Shown one piece after another: positions 1-6,887 of a stretch of DNA of 16,000 nt. The DNA is taken from contig NZ_CP194516.1 in the NCBI RefSeq assembly GCF_050931845.1, forward strand, positions 2,858,017 through 2,874,016, in the 5' to 3' direction. Within the stretch, counting starts at the first letter, position 1. Each line of letters starts with the position of its first letter. The DNA is from Poriferisphaera sp. WC338 (GTDB taxonomy: Bacteria; Planctomycetota; Phycisphaerae; Phycisphaerales; Phycisphaeraceae). Both the position numbers and the translations under genes were made by a program. The notes beneath the pieces were generated by a model. It saw nothing but the letters and a program-made list of their open reading frames with translations, was not told where the DNA came from and ran no database searches.

Positions 1-318
1 GCATTGTACGGGGTTGTTGGTGGGTCATTACCGGTGCTGTTCACGGGATCTGCAACCATTCATGGGTATCCGGGTGAGGGAAACCTGCTACCACTGTTAA
101 AGAAAGAATTGATCGAAGGCAAAACACAAAAAGAAGAGCAAACAGATGATGTCCCGCGGGAAGATCAATTGGATACCGCAGCTTTTTACCAGTATGGCCG
201 TGAGACATCGCATCAAAATATCACGACCAATTCCATTACAGGCTGTGATGGCTGCCCACGCGAACAAGTCGCAACAGAAACACCGCCTTCAAATCATTTA
301 CTACCCAACGGGTCATGA
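1..318 (+). CDS. hypothetical protein, 3' end only (gene starts upstream of the window)
   Basis: Frame 1 is open from the window edge to TGA at 316-318 (105 sense codons). No competing ORF of 60 aa or more lies on the opposite strand. No domain recognised, and the tail is acidic and low-complexity. Its stop overlaps the stop of the convergent ArsC-like gene (TCATGA, 313-318), which slightly lowers confidence. Confidence 0.4.
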   Translation, partial: ALYGVVGGSLPVLFTGSATIHGYPGEGNLLPLLKKELIEGKTQKEEQTDDVPREDQLDTAAFYQYGRETSHQNITTNSITGCDGCPREQVATETPPSNHLLPNGS

Positions 319-669
319 TCCCCATACCGCTTTCATCACATCTTCTTTGTAACCCACAGTGTACTTTTTGCCATTGGTAATGATGGGGCGTTTGCAGAGT
401 TTGCCATTTTGCGTAAGCAGCTTTAACGCTTCGGCTTCCGAAAGGTTTGGGAGTTTATCTTTCATATTGAGTTCGCGGTATTGAACGCCGGATTTATTGA
501 AGAGATCTTTGAGTTGATAGTCGCCAGCTTTGAGAATGGCTTTGAGCAAAGCCTGCGGTGGAGGTTGTTCGGTAATATCGATAAAAGTATGGTTCAGACC
601 GTGTTGGTCGAGATATTTTTTTGCGTTACGGCAAGTGCTGCATTTGTTGTAGCCATAGAGCGTGAGCAT
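313..669 (-). CDS. ArsC/Spx/MgsR-family thioredoxin-fold protein with N-terminal CxxC
   Basis: 118 aa. MLTLYGYNKCSTCRNAKKYL (beta-strand then CxxC) and the C-terminal KRPIITNGKKYTVGYKEDV match the ArsC/Spx/YffB family layout (compare Spx LRRPIIIDEKRLQVGYNEDE). GAGG Shine-Dalgarno lies 5 nt upstream of the ATG on the minus strand. Sits 41 nt downstream of the TPR gene on the same strand. Confidence 0.85.
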   Translation of the reverse strand: MLTLYGYNKCSTCRNAKKYLDQHGLNHTFIDITEQPPPQALLKAILKAGDYQLKDLFNKSGVQYRELNMKDKLPNLSEAEALKLLTQNGKLCKRPIITNGKKYTVGYKEDVMKAVWGS

Positions 670-710
670 ATAAACCTCGGTTAAATCGTTTGGGGATTGG
701 TGCTGCTGTG

Positions 711-3491
711 TCAGGATTGTTCGTGCTTACGTTCTAGCTCAATGAATTGCGTTTCAAACTTTAGGCCACCGAGCTTGGAATCACGAAGACGGAGCTGCCG
801 AATATGCAGCGGGATATCATCGGTTTTATAATTGAGCTTATCACTGATTTGCAGCTGGCGAAGCCATGCATGCCAATAGTGCGTCGGGTATGGAGGCTCT
901 GGGATACTGGTAATGATACGTGCGTAATGCTTCGCGGCAGCTCGGAGAGAACCATCTGTGTTTTGATTGAATTGTAATTCAGCAAGTGTCTGGATGAGGT
1001 CAAGATTGTCGGGGAAGGAAGATTCAAGGGCTTGAAGATCGGCGGCTGCTTGATCGTAGTTGCCGAGAAGTTGTTGAGCTTTGGCGCGAATGATTGCACA
1101 TGAAAGCATGTATGATGAGGAAAGACGGTTCTCTTTGGCGTAATCAATGAGTACGTCTGCAATTTGCACGGCAGCTGTTGCACGATGACGCAACGCGGTC
1201 GGAATCGATTTGGCGATGGCTTGCTCCGCAATGTCATCCATTTCACGCCCAAACTGGAGCAAAAGCTTATCTAAAACAGGGGCGGCTCGCTGCGGATCAT
1301 TTTTCATATAATCTTGAGCCACGCGAATAGCTTGATCGTGTTGCGCCGAAGCAATCAAAGCAGTCGAACGGATTTGAAAAGCATTAGGTAGAAGGTCATC
1401 AAGGTCGATGAAATCAGATTCAAAGTTGCCGAGTAACTTGATAGCATAGCTGTACTCTTCAGACCGCAAAGCAACTGAGGCGCGAACAATCGTCGCAGCA
1501 GCAAGCGCATAACGAACAGCCTTGCGGCGAAAAGAATCAAGGTTGTTTTTCTCAAGCTCCCGTGCAGCTTCCCGCTTCACACGATCTGCACGACGGTCGA
1601 TGTCGGCACGGATGCGAAGATATTTTGCATTGCCGATTGTGTCGTCTGCAATTTCCGTATCCAGGCAGAATAGTGCTTCACGTTGAGCATCAAAGTATTG
1701 CGGATGATCAAACGGCACACGGTCATATTGTTTAATTGCTTCATCGTACTGGCCGGCAGGCTGAAGAACGTGATAAGCATAAAAAACACGTTGATTGTCA
1801 GCTGCTTCTGAGATCGGGAAGAAATTAAACAGAACTTCTGTGGTTTGGATAAACTGCTCACGAATGCCGGGGAGTGCAGGATTTTCTTCAAAAAGCTGCT
1901 GTAATTGTGCGATCGAGAAATTGATCGCACGAGAAGCGTCGCCATGATCAGGATACTGTTGAGCGAGGCTGGTAAGCTGTTTAGAAACCTCAAGTAGATG
2001 CTTGGGAGACGGCGGCTTGGATTGATAAAAAGCAACCGTTTTGTTGTAGAGCGCATGAGCGCGAATGTCTTCAGGAATAGTGGGACTGGTGAGCGATTCA
2101 GCAAGCATGATCACACGTTGAAGCTGTTGCTTTGTTTCCGCATCCGTTGATGAATCATCCGGAGTTTGCACTTTTTGAAGAGCAAAATCTGTCATCATCA
2201 AACGAACACGCGGCGGAAGCTTATCAATCGCGTCCTGCTTAGCAAGCAAAGTGTCCCAGCGAAGAGCGATATAGTAACGCACCTGCTCTTTCTGAGCTTC
2301 GGAAAGCTGATCGTCCTCGAGGAGCTTGAAATAAGGTGAAAAAATATCTGCAGATGGATCGACAGCAAGCACACGGTAGTGCATGTCGGTGAGCATGATG
2401 CGGAAAGTGAGATTAGATTTAGCAAGCGGATGTTGCTTGAGTTGATCCAAGAGTGTGATTGCAGCAGCGAACTCGCCGGACTCAATCATGATGCGAGCTT
2501 GAGTGAGATTGGCGGTAAGATTGAGCAAGTCAGAATGACGGGCGCTGAGCACGGGGTTAAGCAGTTTGATGGCGGCGGTGTTATTACCCATTTGCAAAAG
2601 AGCGCGGGAAGCAAGAACCATAGATGCAAAACGGATGCCGGCTTCATCGCCACGGTCAGTGATAAAACGTTCTGTGTTTTGAAGTACAAGGTTGAGCAGG
2701 CGCATACGTTCGTTATCAGGCTGCATTTTGCGGCCGAGCAGCTTGTATTCAGTCGGCGCAGTGTAGTAGGATTCGGTGCGAGGGATCGCGGTGACATATA
2801 AAGCGGCGAGTGCCTGGAAGAAAGGGGTGCGTTTATGATCGTATTCGTCGAAGAGACGCTGGATGAGGCCGGAGCGTTGTAGCTGCGGCGCGTTAGCAGC
2901 GCGAGGAAGAATGGTTTGAAGTTCGAAGAGACGCTGCTTGGCACGGGTGGTAAGTTGAAGCGCTTCGATGGCTGCAACTTGGAAAGCTTGAGATTGTTGT
3001 GGTGTGGGTTGCCCAAATGTATAAGCCTCAGCAGCAAATTGATGAAGGACTTGCAATTGCTCGATAAGTAGAAGCTCAGCAAAGTCCGTCTGCCAAATCG
3101 GACATCGCGGGTTGTCGGTGAATTGATTGATGATGGCGTGGTATTGCTGAACCAGTGCAGCGAATTGATCACGTGCCTGGGCTTGAAGTTTTACAGCGGC
3201 AGGATCATTGGTTTTGGCTGCAGTAATAGCGGCTTCAGTGAGTTGTTTGTACTGAAGGCGGTGTTCGATCAATTTACGTTCAGCACGGATAGCAGAACGA
3301 TCTTCTGGAAATTGATCGGGGGATGTGAGGCGAATAGCGAGATCATGATCCCCTTGAGAAACGACGTAGTCGGCAATAGTTTGTGCCGCAAAATTCTGAT
3401 TGCATACCAAAAATACAACGCAAAAAACGGCGGACATCAAGAATGTGATGCCGTAGGTTGAGAGACTTCGTTTTGACCATTTGATCATCAT
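711..3491 (-). CDS. membrane-anchored TPR-like all-helical repeat protein (926 aa)
   Basis: Uninterrupted 926-codon ORF. N-terminal hydrophobic anchor or signal ITFLMSAVFCVVFLVCNQNFAAQ. The remainder is Ala/Leu/Gln-rich helical repeat sequence with TPR-like units (e.g. AKAQQLLGNYDQAAADLQALESSFPDNLDLIQTLAELQF). The start ATG overlaps the upstream ExbD stop (ATGA, 3488-3491). The TPR call is a compositional and motif impression, not a profile hit. Confidence 0.8.
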   Translation of the reverse strand: MMIKWSKRSLSTYGITFLMSAVFCVVFLVCNQNFAAQTIADYVVSQGDHDLAIRLTSPDQFPEDRSAIRAERKLIEHRLQYKQLTEAAITAAKTNDPAAVKLQAQARDQFAALVQQYHAIINQFTDNPRCPIWQTDFAELLLIEQLQVLHQFAAEAYTFGQPTPQQSQAFQVAAIEALQLTTRAKQRLFELQTILPRAANAPQLQRSGLIQRLFDEYDHKRTPFFQALAALYVTAIPRTESYYTAPTEYKLLGRKMQPDNERMRLLNLVLQNTERFITDRGDEAGIRFASMVLASRALLQMGNNTAAIKLLNPVLSARHSDLLNLTANLTQARIMIESGEFAAAITLLDQLKQHPLAKSNLTFRIMLTDMHYRVLAVDPSADIFSPYFKLLEDDQLSEAQKEQVRYYIALRWDTLLAKQDAIDKLPPRVRLMMTDFALQKVQTPDDSSTDAETKQQLQRVIMLAESLTSPTIPEDIRAHALYNKTVAFYQSKPPSPKHLLEVSKQLTSLAQQYPDHGDASRAINFSIAQLQQLFEENPALPGIREQFIQTTEVLFNFFPISEAADNQRVFYAYHVLQPAGQYDEAIKQYDRVPFDHPQYFDAQREALFCLDTEIADDTIGNAKYLRIRADIDRRADRVKREAARELEKNNLDSFRRKAVRYALAAATIVRASVALRSEEYSYAIKLLGNFESDFIDLDDLLPNAFQIRSTALIASAQHDQAIRVAQDYMKNDPQRAAPVLDKLLLQFGREMDDIAEQAIAKSIPTALRHRATAAVQIADVLIDYAKENRLSSSYMLSCAIIRAKAQQLLGNYDQAAADLQALESSFPDNLDLIQTLAELQFNQNTDGSLRAAAKHYARIITSIPEPPYPTHYWHAWLRQLQISDKLNYKTDDIPLHIRQLRLRDSKLGGLKFETQFIELERKHEQS

Positions 3492-4003
3492 GAGTTTACT
3501 TTGGCAAAGGCGATGTTTTCATAGCCAGCGGCCATAGCGGCGTTAAAGGCGTTCACGACGTGTTGCCAGCGGACTTGTTGTTGTGGTTTGATGAGGATGG
3601 GGTTGGTGGGGCGATAGACACCATTACGTTTTTGTGCAGGATCGTATTGAAGGTCAATAAGCATGTCACGAAGTTGACTGAAGGATGCGGTGGTGGGCAT
3701 GCCTTGAACCTCAATGCGAACGTTGTGGTAGCCGACGGTTTGAAGGGTAATGACGATAGGCTGCTCTGGGATTTGAAGCGCATCAGTAGCTTGATCGCCA
3801 CCGGTGGGAAGCTCGGCAGTCAGCGCTCCCTCACCAACCGCAAAGGAAGCGGTGACCATGAAGTAGATAAGCAGCTGGAAGATGACATCAATGAGCGGCG
3901 TAATTTGCAGTTGCATCTGCGCAGGGGGAACAATACGACGCTTACGTGAAGATTGATGCTTCACGGGCTGACTGAGTGAGGATGTTTGCGTTTGCTGGGT
4001 CAT
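3488..4003 (-). CDS. exbD: ExbD/TolR-family protein (paralog 2)
   Basis: 171 aa. Hallmark single TM with QITPLIDVIFQLLIYFMV, including the conserved TM Asp (D39, nt 3887-3889). Periplasmic C-terminal alpha/beta region ends AGYENIAFA. No clear SD, so the start at 4003 is the longest ORF and could be slightly further downstream. Confidence 0.88.
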   Translation of the reverse strand: MTQQTQTSSLSQPVKHQSSRKRRIVPPAQMQLQITPLIDVIFQLLIYFMVTASFAVGEGALTAELPTGGDQATDALQIPEQPIVITLQTVGYHNVRIEVQGMPTTASFSQLRDMLIDLQYDPAQKRNGVYRPTNPILIKPQQQVRWQHVVNAFNAAMAAGYENIAFAKVNS

Positions 4004-4032
4004 GAATGATCTTGATGCGTGTTCTTGTTGGT

Positions 4033-4527
4033 TTAGGGAGTGCCTTGATCCGCGGGGAGATAGGCGACAAGATTCACCGTACTAATGCCGGCGGCAGTGA
4101 TGGCGTTCATAATGGGCTGAACTTCATCGAAATAGATCGCAGCATCGGCACGGAGCATGACTGGGGCCTTAGGAAATTGTTCGGCGAGTGACTTGACCGC
4201 TTCAGCGATCTCCTGCAATTCGGTAGGCTCGAATTTTTGGAATGGCCCGACCTGAACAAAACGCACATTCCCTTCTAGCTCCAGCGGTTTAAAACGATCG
4301 CGATCGCTCGCTTGTACAGGAGCAACACTAATCACGATACGGTCGAGTTCGGCAAGCTGATGCGTCTGTGGGTCTTCGAGTTCGGGCACAAGCATCTTGA
4401 CAGTTTGCTTGGAGGCCATGGTATTGACGAGCATGAAGAAGATCACAAGCAGGAACACGATATCGATCAGCGGCGTGAGATTCATCCGCGGGGTCGCTGG
4501 TCCTCGTTTATGGATTCGTGATTTCAT
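4033..4527 (-). CDS. exbD: ExbD/TolR-family protein (paralog 1)
   Basis: 164 aa. MNLTPLIDIVFLLVIFFML is the canonical ExbD/TolR N-terminal TM motif with the conserved Asp (D22, nt 4462-4464). The C-terminal VMLRADAAIYFDEVQPIMNAITAAGISTVNLV matches the family periplasmic domain pattern. Confidence 0.9.
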   Translation of the reverse strand: MKSRIHKRGPATPRMNLTPLIDIVFLLVIFFMLVNTMASKQTVKMLVPELEDPQTHQLAELDRIVISVAPVQASDRDRFKPLELEGNVRFVQVGPFQKFEPTELQEIAEAVKSLAEQFPKAPVMLRADAAIYFDEVQPIMNAITAAGISTVNLVAYLPADQGTP

Positions 4528-4566
4528 CCGTTCCTGTTTCGTATGACTGGGCGGGCTTGGGTGTGA

Positions 4567-5526
4567 TTATTTTTTAGTGGTGTTGCCAAAGAGGTCGGCG
4601 TCGCCATTGTTTGGATTTGACTTTGCCGTGTTTTGCTCAGGTTCGATTTCCGCGGCAACTTCCGGTTCATCTTCCGCAACAACAACTGAGGATGCTGCGG
4701 CGGCTTGAGGAGCAACCGCAGAAGGTTGCGATGCTACTGGTGTGGGGCGTTGTACGGTTTGCGGAGTGTTTGCCTGCGCAGCGGCCTGACGGGCAGCTTG
4801 AATTTGTTGTGGGGTTGGTTTGAAAGGCGCAATGATCGATTCAACGATCAAAACACCCTCGGAAGCAAGGGAATCGATCTTATTCCTAATCAGCGCATAG
4901 GAGGCCAGTGCAGGAACTGCAACGACCAACCCCCAGAAGGTGGTGATCAGCGCGGTGGATATACCGGCAGCGAGTTGTGAAGGTTCTGCGTTACCACCTT
5001 CAGCGACGAGTTGCTGGAACGCGCGAATCATACCGTAAACCGTGCCGAATAAACCGATCATGGGAGCGATATTGCCAAGGACATTAAGGTATTCGATGGG
5101 TCGGAGAATTTTGACAGTTTCATTGTCGGCAGATTCTTCGATCGCCCGCTCCATAGCCATAAAACCGTTGGGGGCTTCATGGAGCGTGGCGCTGATGATG
5201 TGTCCGAGGTAAGATTTGTCTTTGTTGGCGTAATCGATGGCTTGACGAAATTGCCGTTGCATGAGAAGCATGTTGACTTTTTTCTTGGTCCCTTCGGGGA
5301 GCATACGGGTACGGCGGTATTGGGTCATGAGGTGGATGGAGAAACCGATGGAAAAGGCGGACATGGCGAGGAGAAGCCAGATGATAAGCAGGCCGAGGAA
5401 ATCGTCTGACCAGAGGAACATGCTGAACCAAGAACCTGTGTCTGCCGCGTCGGCTTGTGCGAAGAGCACAGGTGTGCCAAGCATACAAAGCGCGCTGCCG
5501 AGAAGGATGGAAAATGTTTGACGCAT
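4567..5526 (-). CDS. exbB: MotA/TolQ/ExbB proton-channel family protein with signal peptide and long C-terminal Pro/Ala/Gln-rich tail
   Basis: 319 aa. LGNIAPMIGLFGTVYGMIRAF (TM2) and GISTALITTFWGLVVAVPALASY (TM3) are the family core. N-terminal signal-like sequence ILLGSALCMLGTPVLFAQA. Residues about 236-319 form a low-complexity P/A/Q/E tail. Confidence 0.92.
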   Translation of the reverse strand: MRQTFSILLGSALCMLGTPVLFAQADAADTGSWFSMFLWSDDFLGLLIIWLLLAMSAFSIGFSIHLMTQYRRTRMLPEGTKKKVNMLLMQRQFRQAIDYANKDKSYLGHIISATLHEAPNGFMAMERAIEESADNETVKILRPIEYLNVLGNIAPMIGLFGTVYGMIRAFQQLVAEGGNAEPSQLAAGISTALITTFWGLVVAVPALASYALIRNKIDSLASEGVLIVESIIAPFKPTPQQIQAARQAAAQANTPQTVQRPTPVASQPSAVAPQAAAASSVVVAEDEPEVAAEIEPEQNTAKSNPNNGDADLFGNTTKK

Positions 5527-5603
5527 GGCATGGTTCCTATCGTGCGGATTGATCGTGCGAACAGAGACACAATCAGACGCATTGTTTATCGGCTTATGCC
5601 GCT

Positions 5604-6656
5604 TTATTGATACAGTTCATCCTCGGTGACAAAACGGTAGACGCCACCAGTGCCTTCTGCAATAAGGGGCATGGTCCCGGGACGGCCAAGTTCTTCAAGA
5701 GGATCATGGTATAAAAACTGGATGGTGTTGATCTTGGTATTGCTGTGGTTCGCTCTGGCAATCTCGCGGAGTAGATGCTTCTGGTTGACTTCATATTGGC
5801 CTTGGCCGGTGATGTTGTCGGAGAGGAGGTAGATGAGGCCGGGCTTGTATTTGAGAGCTTGTGTGAGGGCTTTGATGGGGTTGGTCTGCTTGCTGGGAAC
5901 GACATTGTGCTTGCGCGGGTCGATCCAGTCGATGACGGCTTGCTTTTGCGAGGCAGTAGCTTGCTTGAGTCCTTTAGGTGGAACTTCAAAAACTTCGTTG
6001 CCTTGAAAGAAGATGACAGTGAAGGTTTGTTTGTCGGAAAGATTGCGGATGGTTTTTTGAAGTTCAAGCAAAACGTATTTCATGGTATCGATAAGCGATC
6101 CGGAGGCGTCAACAACAAAGATGATCTTACGAGCATTACCACCTGAGCCGAAGAAGTTCGTTTTGAACTCGGCACCGCTGGCCATATCAGCCGCAAAGGG
6201 ATTAATCTTGGACGCACCACCTGCCAGACCGATCATGGGAACTTCAGTGACGGGCTTGACGTTGAGAGTGGTTTGCGGGGTGTCGATCTGTGTGATCGAA
6301 CGGCGAGCAGTATTAGAAGTTTGTTCGAGCGGTTTGAAATCGGTTTGCGTCAGCGGCGAACCGGGCGTATCAGAGAGACGGATGTTAGGAACCACGATCT
6401 GCTGATCCTGGATGACGGTCACGGTGGTCCAGACAGCAAAGATCGCGATGAGGATAAGAATGAGATGAATGCCGCCGGAGATGAGCCACGGAGCATAAGC
6501 TGCAAACCCTTCCGGCTTATCGTCTTCAAGCTGAAGATCATCGCCCTGCTCCGCAACCTGCACAGCCAAATCAGCTAATGCCAAATGGGCCGCCTCCCCA
6601 GTTTGAGGAGGATCGGTAGACGATAGCGTGCTGGGGTTTGAACTTTCCTGACTCAT
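5604..6656 (-). CDS. single-pass membrane-anchored von Willebrand factor type A (vWA) domain protein with TonB/TolA-like SxxxH anchor
   Basis: 350 aa. One TM (aa 56-76, PWLISGGIHLILILIAIFAVW), then a linker of about 100 aa, then a vWA fold. The vWA part shows KIIFVVDASGSL (MIDAS DxSxS, nt 6096-6110), KQTNPIKALTQAL (MIDAS Thr) and LIYLLSDNITG (MIDAS Asp). First gene of the minus-strand operon. Confidence 0.85.
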   Translation of the reverse strand: MSQESSNPSTLSSTDPPQTGEAAHLALADLAVQVAEQGDDLQLEDDKPEGFAAYAPWLISGGIHLILILIAIFAVWTTVTVIQDQQIVVPNIRLSDTPGSPLTQTDFKPLEQTSNTARRSITQIDTPQTTLNVKPVTEVPMIGLAGGASKINPFAADMASGAEFKTNFFGSGGNARKIIFVVDASGSLIDTMKYVLLELQKTIRNLSDKQTFTVIFFQGNEVFEVPPKGLKQATASQKQAVIDWIDPRKHNVVPSKQTNPIKALTQALKYKPGLIYLLSDNITGQGQYEVNQKHLLREIARANHSNTKINTIQFLYHDPLEELGRPGTMPLIAEGTGGVYRFVTEDELYQ

Positions 6657-6787
6657 CGGACCCGCAAAGATTGTATGACTCCCTGTCGTGACAAAACACG
6701 GCGCCTCGCTGCGTGAGGGCTCCCGGTTTATACGTCATACCATGATAACCGGGTCAGCAAAAGTGGGGGATGCTGGACCTGAAATAT

Positions 6788-6815
6788 TTGCATCTTGGCG
6801 ACAATGCCCCATAAT
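6788..6815 (+). promoter_or_regulatory. putative sigma70-type promoter for the Gfo/Idh/MocA gene
   Basis: TTGCAT (6788-6793), 16-nt spacer, CATAAT (6810-6815), about 70 nt upstream of the ATG at 6888. Consensus matching by eye only. Confidence 0.3.
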
Positions 6816-6887
6816 GCGCCGTTTGTCGCTTGCTAAACCGAGCCTGGGCAAGTCAATCTATCTTCTATATCAACAGGAGTTTTGAAT

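Noticed and set aside
146-352. 68-aa plus-strand ORF overlapping both the 1-318 ORF and the ArsC-like gene
   Set aside because: It is an alternate frame of a longer edge-open ORF and runs antisense into the ArsC-like gene. No motif.
761-3461. Seven track ORFs nested in or antisense to the 926-aa TPR gene (761-1252, 1355-1555, 1577-2104, 2198-2485, 2379-2801, 2486-3172, 3123-3461)
   Set aside because: All lie entirely inside the much longer 711-3491 ORF in other frames or on the other strand. Their translations are Ser/Leu/Arg/Cys-rich with no protein-like motifs. This is typical of shadow ORFs in a long gene.
4567-4821. The idea that the Pro/Ala/Gln-rich ExbB tail is a fused TonB-like periplasmic proline-rich spacer
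   Set aside because: By the conserved ExbB/TolQ topology, the segment after TM3 is cytoplasmic, so it cannot act as a periplasm-spanning TonB spacer. The tail also ends without any TonB_C-like domain.
6657-6790. A sigma70-type promoter for the minus-strand vWA operon (TACAAT on the minus strand at 6670-6675; TATAAA at 6727-6732)
   Set aside because: Neither -10-like hexamer has an acceptable -35 element at 16-18 nt spacing. That is not enough to annotate a promoter.
6688-6885. 65-aa ORF (GTG start) in the divergent intergenic region between the vWA operon and the oxidoreductase gene
   Set aside because: No SD and no recognisable motif. It overlaps the putative promoter and the SD of the oxidoreductase gene. 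It is most likely non-coding 5' regulatory sequence.
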